DNA of 64,000 nt from Lama glama (taxonomy: Eukaryota): NCBI GenBank assembly GCA_028534125.1, contig CM052821.1, positions 55,118,001 to 55,182,000 on the forward strand, given 5' to 3'. Below, in pieces: positions 26,824 through 40,325 of this stretch; position 1 is the stretch's first letter, and each line of letters starts with the position of its first letter. The notes beneath the pieces were generated by a model. The model ran no database searches, had not been told where the DNA came from, and was given only the letters and a program-made list of their open reading frames with translations. The position numbers and the translations under genes were made by a program.

Positions 26824-29250
26824 GTATTAGGTAGAGTCATTCCTCCCTACTCACACTTCTTTTTCACGACTGATTTAGCCCTGCTAGGGCATGTCCTTTG
26901 CATATACGTTTAAGAGTAATCCTGTTTTTGTCTACAAAAAAAATCTTGCTGGGATTTTGACAGAATTATGTTAAAACTATAATTTGGGGAGAATTAAGAT
27001 CTTTATTGTGTTGAGTCTTCCAATTCATGAACATGGTATGTTTCTTCTTTGTTTAGGTTCTCTTTGATTTTTTTTCATCAGCACTTTGTAATTTTCACTA
27101 TTCAGATCCTGTATTTGTTTTTGTTAAGCTTTCGCCTAAGTATTTCATTTTCTTTGGGGTGACTGTAAATGACATTGCTTTTAATTTTCATTACTCTATG
27201 TTTACTGTTAGTATGTAGGAACACAGTTTATTTCTGCATGTTGATCTGGCAACTTTGCTGAACCCATTAGTTCCAAGAGGTTTTTGGTAGCTTCCTGGGG
27301 ATTTTCTACCTAGACAATCATGTCATCTGCAAATAGGGATTTATTTCTTCCTTTCTGTCTGTAGGCCTTCTATTCCTTCTCCTCCCCACCTCCCCCCCAT
27401 TACGGTGGCTAGAACTTCTGAAACTGTGTTGAATAAGAATGGTGACAGTGGACATCTTTGCCTTGTTCCTGATCTTAGGAAGAAAGCATTCAGCTTTCCA
27501 CCATGAAGTATGATGTGATGTTTTTGTCAATATTCTTTATCAGTTTGAGATAGATCTTGTCTATTCCAAACTTGCTAAGAATTTTTGTCATGAAGAAGTG
27601 TCAGATCTTGTCAAATACATTTTCCTGCATTAATGAATATGATCATATGATTTTTCTTTTTCAGTCTATTGGTATAGGATATTACAATTGATTTTCAAAT
27701 GTTGAACCAGTCTTGCATACCTGGGATAAATCCTACTTAATAGTGGTGTATAATTCTTTTTATATATTCTGGGATTTGATTTGCTAGTTTTGTTGAGGAT
27801 TTTAAAGTCTAAGCTCACAAACAGTTTTGGCCCATGGTTTTCATTTGTTTGCACTGACTCTGTCTGGTTTTGGTATCAGAGTAATACTAGCTTCATGAAA
27901 ATGAATTGAGAAGTATTTCCTCCTCTTCTACTTTTGAGAAGAGATTGTATAAAACTGGTATAGTGTTCATGCTTCTTTGCATGCTTGGTAGGGTTTTACA
28001 GTGAAGCCAGCTGCATGGAAATTTCTTTCACAGGAGATTTCTAATCACAAATTCAACTTTTAAACAATTATAAGGCTATTGAGGTCATCTGTTTCATCTT
28101 CGTTCAGTTTTGGTAATTTGTAGTTTTCAAGAAATTTATTTATTGCTTGTTGAAGTTATGAGCCTAAAATTGTCTGCAGATTTTTATTAACCTTTTACTA
28201 GTTGTAGGATCTGTAGTGATGCCCTGTTTCACTCATGATATTGATGATTTACAGCTTATCTTTTTATTTTTATCAAACTCACTAGAAGTTTATTTTTTCA
28301 GGGAGATTTTTGTTTCACTGGTTTCCCCATTTTCCTAATTTTAATCCCTTGATTGCATTGCTGCACTTATCTTTGCTAGTTCCTTTCTTCTGCTTGCTTT
28401 CAGTTTGTTTTGCTATTATTTTTCTAGTTTCTAGAGGTCAGGACTTAGATTAACTGAAAACCTTTCATCTTCTGTATTACAAGCATTTAATACTATAAAT
28501 TTGCCTCTCAGCACTGCTTTTGCTTCATCCTGTGTATTTTGGTATATTATATTTTTCTTTTCATTTAGTTCTATGTATTTTTAAATTTTTGTCATTTCCT
28601 GTTGGATTATTTAGGAGTATATTGATTAATTTTCAAATATTTAGATATTTTCCTGTTGTCTTTCTGTTATGGATTTCTAGCTTGATTCTATTGTGATTAG
28701 AAAATATACTTTGTAAGGTTTCTGCTCTTTTAAATTGGTTGAAGTTTAATGACTCAGGATATGATCTGTCTTGGTGGATGTTCCATGGTGCTTGGGGAAA
28801 AAGTATTCTGCTCTTGTCAGTGGAGTGTTTTATTTATGTCCGTTAGATCCTGTGGGTTAATTATGTTGTTCAGCAGTTCTGTCACCTTGCTGAATTTCCA
28901 TTCAGTAATGTATTGGTTTCTAAGACAGAGGCGTTAAGTCCCCAACTATAATGGTGGGTACATCTATATCTCCTTTCAGCTCTGTGACAGTTTTGTTTCA
29001 CATAATTTGAGAATTTATTTTGGGGACATACAAATTAGGATTGTCATGTCTTCTTAGTGGATGAATCCTTTTATCATTTTCTGATTCCCTTTATACGTTT
29101 AAAAGTAATCTGTTTTAATAGCCGATAATGTTCTTCCTTTCATATTTTATTCAGCACTCATTAATCCTAACACTGTATCAGAACTGTCAACAATATTTTA
29201 TGTGAAATTTTGATTATATTATACCCTCTAAGATTCAGAATGAACTTTGA

Positions 29251-29412
29251 AGGTACAAACTATTAGGTGTAAAATAAGCTACAGGGATGTATTGTGCAAT
29301 GTAGGGAAAGTAGCCAATATTTTATAATAACTATAAATGGAGTAAACTTTTAAAAATTGTGAATCACTGTATTGTACACCTGTAACTTACATAACATTGT
29401 ACACTTCAATTT
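29251..29412 (+). mobile_element. L1 3'-end fragment
   Basis: aggtacaaactattaggtgtaaaataagctacagggatgtattgtgcaa...gccaatattttataataactataaatggagta. Confidence 0.7.
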
Positions 29413-30215
29413 TTAGAAAGGACTCTGAACAGTCTTACGTAGTTTTGATAAACAAGGATATTGGATCGACCTCAGTGTTAAGTGTGAGCAGGGGTTGGAG
29501 TACATGCAGGAGGTATTTCCGAAGCTTGGGCTGATACACAGGAGCTGTGTCAGGTGTCCTCAGGTGTACATCCAAGGACACGTATCAGAATCTTGGATAT
29601 TTACCTGAGGAGCTATTGCAGAATCTCAGATACAGAGCCAAGGAGGTAATTAGATTTGGGGGTATATACCCAAGAATTTATAACAGGATCTCAGGTTTAT
29701 TTCCGAAAAGATGTATCAGAATCTCAGATGTCTACCCAGCGAGGCTTAGCAGGTTCTCTAAGGAGGGGGTGAATTCTTAAAGTATAGTCTAATAATTTAT
29801 TTACTTTTACATTTAAAGCAATATTAAAGGAGAATATGTGATATTTCTATTAATCAGAAGGGGACATGGATTTAAAAAGATGGAGAAATAAGGGTTGCGA
29901 CCTCGTAACCAACTTATTCTATGTGTGTGAAAATGACTAGCTTCCACTGTCCAGGATGGAATGACAGGAACCGATTTACTCTCCTGCCAGAGACAACCAG
30001 GAATTCAGACAAATGTATGAAACAATGTTTTTCAAGACATTGGACATCAGGCAGTGAACGGCACTGATGGTTGTGAGGTGAAAACCAACGAAGTGAGAGA
30101 TGTGACTTGAGAGAGTTTCCAGGCTGTGGTGCAGGGAGGGGAGCCCAAGCAGAGCATGGCAGGCACTCTAGGTTGAAGAGATGGGGCTGAGGGCCTAAGG
30201 AGACTTGAGTGCCTC

Positions 30216-30325
30216 GTGTCCCCAGGGCGGGGTGCCAAAGGCGAGGACTCTGGAGGTCTGCTAAGTGCCAGTGTCCCCAGGGCGGGGCGCCAAAGACGAG
30301 GACTCTGGAGGTCTGCTAAGTGCCA
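30216..30325. repeat. Tandem duplication, 2 x 55 bp
   Basis: 30216-30270 and 30271-30325 differ at 2 positions. Confidence 0.95.
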
Positions 30326-31653
30326 GTTGGTGCAGGCATGTGAGTAAAACTGCTTGAGGCCAGGAAAAAACCATCTGAGAGGATTAGAGGAACAGTGCCC
30401 AGCACTCAGACTGGGCCAGGAATAGTGCCTGGCACCCACATGGGGCCAGGAACGGTGCCCGTTGCCACCTGCCAGTCTGGAAAACCTCATGCTTCACGGG
30501 GAATTGTGTGGAGTGCTCAGAGAGATCTAGCCTCAGTGGGGGGGAATAATTGCACTAGATTGCGTGTGGCTGTGGTCCTGCCTGACGAACCTCCAAAATA
30601 AGACACAAAAGGATCTTCTCCAAGTATTTGAACTGCATCCCAGAGCAAAGCTCAAGAATATTTACAGGAAAACAAAACTATCCAGCACTGAACAAGGTAA
30701 AAATCACAATATCTGACATCTAATCAAAGACTGCTAGACATGCAAAGAAGTGGGAAAAGAGAACCCTTATTGGGGGGGTGGAGAAAAATCAATGAATTGA
30801 AACCTACCCAGAACTGACATATATATTAGATGTAGCAGATAAGTGCATTAAAATAGTTATTATGGTGGTATTTTACATGTTCAAAAAGTTAAGTAGATAT
30901 ATAACAAAATATACAAATTGAACTTCTATGCTGAAATCTGCAGTACCTGAGATTAAAAACACACTGGACAGGATTAACAGCAGATTAGACATTGCAGAAG
31001 AAAAGATTAGTGAACTTGAAGGCATAGCAGTAGAAACTAAGATGACACACCCAGAGAAAAAAAGAATTTTTTAAAAATGGAAAGAGCATCAGTGAACTGT
31101 TGAACTACAGCCTAATATACATACAGTTGGAGACCTTGGTGGGGGAAAGTGCGGGACGGGAAAAATATTTGGAGAAACAATGGGGTCAATTCATTGGGAT
31201 GTTTAAACAATTCTAAAAGTTTATGCATCTAATAACAGAGCTTTAAAATACGTGAAACAGAAACTGACAGAATTTTAAGAAGAAACAAATACAAATTATA
31301 ATCAGATAATTCATGAAGCAAATACAGAGAATATCAGCAAGGATGTAGATTTGAACAATTCTGTCAACCAACTCGATCTAATTGGCATTTTTATATAGAA
31401 TACTCTTCCAAACAGCAGAGGGTACATTATTTTCAAGTGCATGCAGAATACTTACCAAGATACATCATGTTCGGGGCCATAAAATGAGCCTCAATAAATT
31501 TTAAAAGATTCAAGTCATATAAAGTAGATTCTCTGACATAATGGAATAAGTTAGAAATCCATAACATGAACATGAATTTAAAAGTCACCAAATGTTTGGA
31601 AACTAAATGACATGCTTCCAAATAACCCATGTGTCAAAAAAGAAATCAAAATT

Positions 31654-31780
31654 GAGGAGGGTATAGCTCAAGTGGTAGAGAGCATGCTCAGCACACACAG
31701 GGTCTTGGGTTCAATCCCCAGTACCTCCTCAAAAAATAAATAAGTAAACCTAATTACCCTCCCCCCAAAATAAATAAAGA
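31654..31780 (+). mobile_element. tRNA-Ala-derived SINE inside L1
   Basis: gaggagggtatagctcaagtggtagag...ggttcaatccccagtacctcc; flanked by repeated aaagaaatcaaa (TSD-like). Confidence 0.88.
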
Positions 31781-34599
31781 GCAATACGTTAAAGAAAGAA
31801 ATCAAAGAAGAAATTAGAAAATATTTTAACTGAATGAAAATAAAAATAACATAGAAATCTGTGGGATCTGCTCTAGCAGTACTTAGATGGAAATTCGTAA
31901 CACAAAACACCTATATTAGAAAAGAAGAAGGGATTCAAATCAATAACCTTAAGAAACTAGAAAAAGAAGAGCAAGTTAAACTCAGTGTAACCAGAAGAAA
32001 GGAAATAATGAAGATCAGAGTGAAATCAAGGAATAGAAAACCAAACACAACAGAGAAAAATCAATGGAACACAAAGCTGGTTCTTTAGAAGATAAATAAA
32101 ATTGATAAGCCTCTAGCACGGCTCATCCAGAAAAAGAAGAGAAGACACAAACGAGCAGTATCTGGAATGAGAGAGGTGACATCGCTACAGATTGTACAGA
32201 TAGCGAAAGGATAACAGGAAAATACGATGAATGCCCTGCCAATAAATTTGGCAACTCAGATAAGAGGGATAAGTTACTTGAAATATACAGATCTCTAAAG
32301 CTGAGTTAAAGAAGTACTAGATTACCTAGCTGTGTGTCTGTTAAATAGAGTTTATAGTTAAAAATCTTTCCACAAAGGAATCTCAGGCTCAGATGGCTTC
32401 ACTGATAGATTCTACCAAATATCTAAATAATACTCGTTCTGCACAAAATCTTCCCCAAAATTGAAGAGGTGGGAGTACTTTGCAATTCATTCTAGAAGGC
32501 AAGCATTAATCTGATGTCAGACCTAGGTAAAGGCATCACAAGTAGCGAAAACTATACACCAACATCCCTTGTGAACATAGATGCAAAAGTTCGAACCTGC
32601 AGTTTAGGACATGGGATCAATGAGGTATAATAAGAATGTTACAGCAGAGCCAGATGTTCAGCCCAGGAATGTGAGGGTGGTTTAATAGTCAAAAATTAAT
32701 GTAATTTGCCAAATTAGCAGAATGAAGAAGAAAACCTCTTATGATCGTTTCAGTAGATACCCAAAAAGCATTTGATAAAATTCCATATTTGTTACTAACA
32801 AAAATCACTGGTTTCTACAAAGGTACAAAGGCAATTCAGTGGTGAAAGGCTGATCTTTTCAACAAATGGTGCAGCACCACTGGTTCTCCACATGCCCCAA
32901 ATGAGCTTCGATCCATATACTCACACCATATACTCAAAAATTAACCCAAACAGACCACAGATCTAAATGTAAAGTCTAAACTATAAAATCTTCTAGAAGA
33001 AAATACAGGAAAAAAACTTTCTAACCTTGGACTAGGGAAAGATTTCATGGACATGACACCAATAGCAGAATGTACAAAAGGGAAAAAAATGATGAGTTGG
33101 ACTATGCCAAAATGAAAACTTCTGCTCTTCAAAAGACAGTTTTGGGAAAATGAAAGTGCAGATTATAGACTGAGAAGAAATCTTTGTAAAGTGTAAGTCT
33201 GATAAAGGATTCATATCCAGAAAGAAACTCAGAAAATTCATCTGCAAGAAAATAACCCAGTTTTTAAAATGGGCAAGAGATTGGAACTGGCGCTTTACCA
33301 GAGAAGATCCGTGGATAGCCAGCCAGCATGTGGAACCTGTTCAGCATCATGTCTGTGCGAATAAGCCCGCAGCCCCCATCCTAGCATGTCCCAGCTTTCA
33401 CGGGGGTGGTGTGATACCACTCACGTACCCGTTAGAATGGCTCAAAGTAAGAGACCGACCATACCAAACATGGCCCCATGATGTGGAGGGAGTGGAACAC
33501 TCATACACTGCTGGTTCGAATGGAAGACAAGTAAACACTTTGGAAAATAGGTTGGTCGGTCATGTCTTGAAAGGTGAAACACCAGCATTTAATCCAGCAC
33601 CCCACGCCCCGGTGCTTAGCCACGGGAAAAGAAAGCGTGTGTCCATTGCAGAGACCGGCCCATGGGTGTTTATAGCTGCTTTATCTGCAGTAGCCCAAAC
33701 TTAGAAGCGATCCAGATGTTCATCCAGAGGTGAATGGAGTATTACTTTGCAATAAGGAGGAATGAACTGTTGATATGGGCAGCAGCATGGATGAATCTCA
33801 AATAATTCTGCTGAGTGAAAGCAGCCAGACGAAATGAGTATATACTGCATGATTCTGTTCATAGAGACCTCTAGAAGATGCAAACTAACATGTAGTGACA
33901 GAGAGCAGATACGTAGAGACGGGGGCCAGGCTGGGCACGAGGAGGAGATTGCAGACGAGCAGGAGGAAGCTTTGTGGGGTGATGGATATGTTCACTGTCC
34001 TGATGGTGATGGTGGCTTCACAGGTGTAAACATATGTCAAAACTTGTCAAGTTGAAAACTTTAGGTACAGATTATTGTATGCCAATTCTACGTCAAGAGA
34101 GTGGGCTTAAAACAAAAGAAGACAAAATGATTCTCTCATAACTGGCACTAGAACTGTAGCCTTGGCTCTGAGGTCTTTATCTAAGATTCAAGTGGCCCAA
34201 TGTGAAGACACTTACAAAAATGACTCCACTAGTGGAATGAGTAGACAATTCTCCACTCAATGTGCAAACATTTAGGAGCTTGAGTACTGGGAATTCCAGG
34301 AATCCTCCACATTTCATTTTGCCATTGGTTTAAACCTCCAGTCTTCATTTTAAAAAGAAATTAGGACAATACTGGTTTGGTTTTTTTTTTCCCCCGATCT
34401 CTAAACTTTAGTATAGAGACTCTAGCTAAGAATTACGTTCACACAACAGAGCGTCTGCTCTTAACGCAGATGAACTGGGAAGGGAAAACAACTTGCAGGT
34501 AATTCAGAAACAGATTATCAAATCTCCGAATCCTAATAGTTGAGCTGTGACACTTTAGCACTGGGAGGTGCAGTGCAGTAAATTATACTGAGGATTATA

Positions 34600-34780
34600 G
34601 CATGGTGGTTTAGCGGCAAGGACCAGAGGCTGGCTGGCTGGGTTCAAACCCAGCTCCACTGCTTCTTTGACCCTGAGCACATGGCCGTCACCACCGTGTG
34701 CTTCAGTTTCCTTCTCTGTAGACATATTAACAGTGCCTCCCTCATGGGCTTGGCATGTAATAAGGACTCAGGAAGTGTTA
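34600..34780 (+). mobile_element. MIR-like SINE
   Basis: ctgggttcaaacccagctccactgctt...tgaccctgagca...tgcttcagtttccttctctgta core. Confidence 0.7.
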
Positions 34781-35774
34781 TCCGCCATCACCCACAGCAA
34801 CAGAATCTCTCATTTAGGGCAGTGTCTTGTCTCAATGGTGGCCAATGGTGACAAGGCCCCAAAGTTGGCCCATGAAAGCGTATAAACCCATAACAACATG
34901 ATGCAGATGAAGTGCAGGCTATTTTCAACACTCACTGCCGTCAGATGTCTAGAAAAGGTGCCTGAGTTGAACTGCACGACTCCATAAAGACACACGCTGG
35001 CTGGTAGTTACCCCAGTACGAGGGAAGTACCAGGTGTTACGGGAGGGGGAGATTCTAGAGTCTCAGAGACAGTCACTCCACTGCAAGGATAAACAGGAAC
35101 TTCCCCGCTCCCCACACGCTGGGTGGCTCATCTGCACGTGGACTCCGTGGGAGTCACCTTCCCTCCCGCTGGGACGGTGCCGACCCGCAGTCTTTTGCTC
35201 CCGGTGCCGCTGCTGAGGGACGGCAAAGCTTTCCGGTAGCTGACGTTTGCCACGTGACGTCTTTGCTCCCTCTGAAAACTCGCAGGGTCTGGGAGGCTGC
35301 CCTCTTTGTCCGGAGCGTTCTGGGTTTCCCAGGGGCCTGCCTTGGCGCGGGTGCGTAGCCATCCGTTCTGTCGGGCCCCTGGGAATCGACGGCCTCCGTC
35401 TCTGAGGCCCGTCCTTGAGCTCGCTCGTGGATAACTTCCCCTGCGGTCGCCTCACCTCCCTCGCTCCAGGGTTTCTTCGTCTGGGCGACTCTCGCCTCCC
35501 GGCCTGGTCCCCTCACTTTCTCCTCCGGCTTCTCCCGCGTCCGTCTCCGTCTTTCCACTTTTGCTTCTGGGAGGCTACGGCCTTTGCCCCCGAACACTTC
35601 CCGCACGCTTGTGGTCGTGTCCAGAGGGGCTTCTGGTCTCAGGATGCTCCTTTTCACTGCAAATTCTTCTCCTCTTTCTGAGGATATTAACGATGTTTCC
35701 CCTGGCTTTGTCGTTTTCCTCCAGTGTATTGTTCCCTCTAAGCTGATTTTTATTAAAATTTTTTTCTTTAATTA

Positions 35775-35913
35775 AAAAATTTTTTAAATTTCATTTTTGA
35801 GGGGAGGGGTAATTAGGTTTGCGGTTTTTTTTTTTAATGGCAGTACCGGGGATTGAACCCAGGACCCTGTGCATGCTAAGCAGGCCTTCTGCCCCAGAGC
35901 TATAGCCGCCCCC
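35775..35913 (-). mobile_element. tRNA-Ala-derived SINE
   Basis: ggtaattaggttt...ggggattgaacccaggacc...gcatgctaagc...gagctata. Confidence 0.88.
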
Positions 35914-36904
35914 TGATTTGTCTGTTTGTCTGTTTGTCTGTTTCTTTCGTGTTAGAGGCCTTCCTCAGAAGTCTGGTATTTTGGGGGGGTGTCTAGTTTT
36001 AAAGAGAGGAACTATAAAGCTGACTGAGGCTGTGGGCAGAGATGGAGATACTCATTTTAGACGTCCTTTCCGAGATCAGGCTGGGCAGGGAGGGATGGGC
36101 TCCTGATGGGCTGGTCATTGGTATCTTTAAGTCTCCCTTCTGAAGTGGAAGATATTTCCAGATATTTCAATCCTCTGCTTGGGGGGGGGGAGGGAGAGAG
36201 ACCTCGAGCCCCCAGGGTTCCGGGAGGGAGAGGAGAGCAGGCTGGGGTGTCCGCGTTCCAAATGCACACTCGTGCTGAATCCCCTTTGCTGGTGGCACTC
36301 TGCCTCCGCCATGCCTGCTGGCCGCCCGGTGCGCATCCCGGTTCCCAGTTCCCAGCGGCTGCAGGAGCATCCAGTTCCTGTGTAGGCGGATGGGGGAGAG
36401 GATTGGGGCCGCTGCTCAGAGCTGCTGCCCGCCCTCCTGCTGTAGCCCCAGATGTGCCCCTGCCTGGCCACCCGGTCCCCCAGTTCCTGAGTGCTTGGAC
36501 TCTGCAAGATGAACCTCACGGTTCCTGCCGTTCCCAGAGTTGGTTTTGCATCTCTGCTCCGTCCTCTGCCTCCATCTCCTTTCCAGCCTCCAGCTGTTTC
36601 TGCCCTTGTCTCCCTGCCCCTGTCTCCCAGCCCCTCTCTCCTGCACGGATTTATACCTTTTGTTTTTAAAAGCTTTGCAAAGGGGATGCAGAAAAAAGTG
36701 AAATTAAGTGCGTATGATTCACCACGCCATCTCAAAATCTTCCTCTCTTTTTATAGATAAGAAATGGAGGCTCAGGGACTTTGTAAATTAGCTCATTGTT
36801 ACACGACTCATACAAAGCGTTGACAGTTTCAACTGACTCCAGAACCTACACTTCCTAATCATGGGGCCAAGATGAAATTTTGAATTAAAAAGAAGGTTCT
36901 GTAG

Positions 36905-37527
36905 CAAGAAAGATACATGCACCCCAATGTTCACAGCAGCACTATTTACAACAGCCAAGATGTGGAAGCAACCTAAACACCCATCGACAGATGATGGATA
37001 AAGAAGCTGTGGTATATTTATACAGTGAAATACTACTCGGTCATAAAAAAGNNNNNNNNNNNNNNNNNNNNNNNNNNNNNNNNNNNNNNNNNNNNNNNNN
37101 NNNNNNNNNNNNNNNNNNNNNNNNNNNNNNNNNNNNNNNNNNNNNNNNNNNNNNNNNNNNNNNNNNNNNNNNNNNNNNNNNNNNNNNNNNNNNNNNNNNN
37201 NNNNNNNNNNNNNAATCTAAGAAAATGAACTTATTTACAAAACAGAAAGTGACTCACAGGCATAGAAAACAAACGTAACGTTACCAGTGGGGGGAGGGTG
37301 GGAAGGGATAAACTGGGAGTTTGGGACTTGCAGATACAAACTCCTATATATAAAACAGATAAACAACATGATCCTACTGCGTAGCACAGGGAACTATACT
37401 CAATATCATGTAGTAACTTCTGATGAAAACAAATATATATGCGTGTGTGTGTGTAACTGAATCACCACACTGCACACCAGAGATTAACAACATTGTACAT
37501 CAACTATGCATCCATTAAAAAAAAAAG
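36905..37527 (+). mobile_element. Relatively young L1 3' end spanning an assembly gap
   Basis: aaagatacatgcaccccaatgttcacagcagcactatttacaacagccaag (ORF2 C-terminus), then 3' UTR and poly-A. Confidence 0.88.
37052..37213. other. Assembly gap (162 N)
   Basis: Run of n characters. Confidence 1.
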
Positions 37528-39574
37528 TGTTCTGCAAAGCTGAGCTTCTGCTTAATTTCTGAGTGTAGTGACTGGGTTTCTCCTGTGAAACCCTGCAGTC
37601 TCTCCGTCTGCAGTCCTCGGCGCTACCTCGGCGCCTGTCTTCCGGGGCGATTACTGGTGAATGTGCTTTATCCTCCACTATTCCCCCAGCACTTGGGAAC
37701 TCCTTAAGAATAAGAGCTATGTCCTAGTCAGCTGTCTCCCCAAAATGCCTAATGCAGGCTGCACACAGACCAATAAAGCCAAGGAGAAACCGTCGGTTGG
37801 TGGCTATAGAAATGGGTGGTAATACTGTAGGTCAGTTGCCTAAATAGAGGTCCTGAAGAGGAGAGGTCTTTTCTTTCCCCGTCTCGCTATCCTCCTGGAG
37901 AAGGATGAAACCAGTGGGAACAGTACACTACTCCCCCAGGTTTGGCTTTTTCCTTTCCTGCGGCTCGTTGGCCGGAGAGCAAACGCACAGGATGGGGATG
38001 GGTTGCATCCACTGGAAAAGCAGAAGGCAGAAAACGCTGAAGACCTGATACACGCGGGCGTGCTGAGCCTTAGCGTTATGTATGGAAGTGTCCATAGACG
38101 GCTTTCACGCTGCGGGCAGTCGCGCCCCGTCAGCACAGCTGTTCTCCTGAGTGCGTCTGTGGAGGGGCCGGCTTCCCAGCCGGTGCTGGGGGCCGAGGGG
38201 CGCGGGAGGGCCTTTCCTCTCTCTTCAGAAGCGTCTGGAATTTGCCGTTTCTCATCATGTCGGGGACAGCGGGAGACCGCTTCGTGCTGAGTTCCCTCGC
38301 TTCGGAATTCTGTGTCGACCCTGTCGCGCTCTCCCATTGCTGCTCCTTGTCAGACTCTGAAGACAAGGGAGGGTGTTCAGGACGTGTCTGCTCTGGCCGA
38401 ATCCATCCCTTCGATGTAATCTGAAAACGGAAGGGGAACGTTGAAGGAGAAAGGCTGGAAAAGGGACACATTTCTCTATCAACTTTATCAAATTATAAAA
38501 ACAAAATTAACCTCCGGGATAGAGAACTGCACCAGAATAATTCTCTTGGTTACGCTTGGTCTAGAGCAAATTTAGAATTCTGCTGAGTTGGCCCTTAGAA
38601 GTTAAAAATAAAGGGCAAGGGTCTTTGCTCTTTCCCTTAAAACTGGTACTGCTCTTTTTTCTGAGATGCTCTCCTGGGGAGAAATACATTCCTGGGCGGA
38701 ATGCCATCCGTCAACATTCAGTCATCTGCTTCCTGTTGTCTCATTTTTTTTCAGTAACATGAAGTCCTTCGTAGTCTCAGACACATGTTCTTTGTACTCA
38801 TAGAATCGAATATAAATGTTACCTCCTTTTCCCTTCCCTTTGTGGTTCAGCTCGGTGCATCCAAGGGGGTGTTTTGTGCAGTACATTTGAATAAGGCTCG
38901 GTCTTCTCTCTGAGGATGTGACAGTCTGGGGAAGACCAGCCAGGCAGAGGGAAGGGCGTGATCGAAGCATCAAGGCAGCGGTGGGCGGGGGGAGTGGGGA
39001 TTCTCAGAAGGAATGACGGGGGTGATCGGACACGTGCCCGGGGCTCCGCAGACGCTTGGGACGACCTGCACATGGATGCTGTTGACCCCGATTCAGCGTT
39101 GCTGGACTGCGCTGCGGCTCAGGTATCCAGGGTCACTCAGAGCCGTCTCGCCCTCTCCCCGAGGACAGGCCTGCTTCTGCCCTGGGTGCTGCTGCTGCTG
39201 CGAAGCGTGCAAGGTGATGTTGTTGACATGGTCAGCACCTCCCGGAGGAGGAGAGGACCTGCACAGGGGCCGTGTGTCCCTCAGACACCGGGACCCCGTG
39301 CACGACTGGATTAGTCGTCCTTCTACCTCCACAGGCTCTCTCCACCCTGGAAACCCGTTCTCCTCTTTATATTCCAGATTTCGTAGATGTCGCCTCACCC
39401 CCCAGGTCCCTAAGCCAGAGAGCAGGTTTATCCCAGGCTGTGTCCCAGTTCAGTCAGCTGCCAAAGTCAGCTCCCGAGGGTGACGCTACCTCTTACAGGG
39501 GCAGTTACTGCAGCCTCATAAGGAGTCTTGATGCTTCTTGTCTTGTCTCCTTTACATCTTTATGTTTGGGGTGT

Positions 39575-39704
39575 TTTTTGTTTTTGTTTTTTTTTTGGCA
39601 GGGAGGTAGTTAGGTTTATTTATTTTACCGAGGGTACTGGGGATTGAACCCAGGACCTCGTGCGTGCTAAGCATGTGCTCTACCACTGAGCTATACACTC
39701 CCCC
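39575..39704 (-). mobile_element. tRNA-Ala-derived SINE
   Basis: ggggattgaacccaggacctcgtgcgtgctaagcatgtgctctaccactgagctata. Confidence 0.9.
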
Positions 39705-39899
39705 TGTCTGGTCTCCTTTAAATCTAGATTTCACCCTGCTGCCGCGACAGTCCTGAAGCACATCTCAGCACGCTGCGCTCTGGCCCAGCGCCCCTCCATG
39801 ACTCCTCTTGCTTCCAGGGCAGAGTCCACACACTCCTTAGCATGAGCAGTAACGCACCTTGACCGGCACTGCCAGCCTCTCCCACGTCTGCATCCTCCT

Positions 39900-40325
39900 C
39901 CCACTTCCCCCTGTGCTGCATCAACAGTGGGGCTCCCCCCTCATCAGAGGCAGGGCTCATTTCCCCGCCCTGGGACATGAGCTTCCTCCTGACATGCTCT
40001 GACCCACAGAGTGTGGCTGAAGTGACGTAGAATTTACGTCTTGCAGTTTCTGCACTCACTCTCTTGGAAGATTGGTGCACCTGCAGAAGCCTGGGCTGGC
40101 CTCCGAGAGGACGAAAGCCCCCATGGGGAGAAGGGGCCAGCCCACCGCCAGCACCCACCTCCACCAGCCCTCCAGCCACGGCTGCCAACTGGCTGCAGAA
40201 GACCCGTCCCGCTGAGCCCAGCCCAAACTGCTGACCCACAGAGCTGTGAGCAAATTGTAGCAGTTGTAGTTTCGAGTCACTGAGCTCTGGGGCTGTTGGC
40301 CGCGTGGCGACGCGGAACTGACCCG
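39900..40325 (+). mobile_element. MaLR (MLT1-like) LTR remnant
   Basis: gctgagcccagcccaaactgctgacccacagag...gtgagcaaa...agtcactgag motif typical of old MLT1. Confidence 0.65.

Larger units (their letters stand above)
23200..29090 (-). mobile_element. Cluster of antisense L1 remnants (3' UTR and ORF2), with nested insertions
   Basis: T-rich + strand; minus-strand peptides resemble decayed ORF2 ([26 protein letters not shown]; IYPRYARLVQHLKINCNI). Confidence 0.88.
29940..34115 (+). mobile_element. Old, internally deleted L1 with 5' UTR, ORF1/ORF2 remnants and 3' end
   Basis: 5' UTR-type start, then ORF1-like (gcagattagacattgcagaagaaaagattagtgaacttgaa), ORF2-like (YIRKEE..INNLKKLEKEEQ) and L1M 3' UTR motifs, in the expected order. 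Confidence 0.85.

Noticed and set aside
29545-29750. CRISPR-like repeat/spacer array
   Set aside because: Mammalian DNA; units are degenerate and contiguous with no unique spacers and no cas genes.
36991-37278. ORFs containing X runs
   Set aside because: Artefact of the N gap within an L1.
38958-39483. Coding-like GC-rich stretch, possible processed pseudogene
   Set aside because: No frame gave a protein I could recognise, and there is no poly-A or TSD; would need BLASTX or Dfam.
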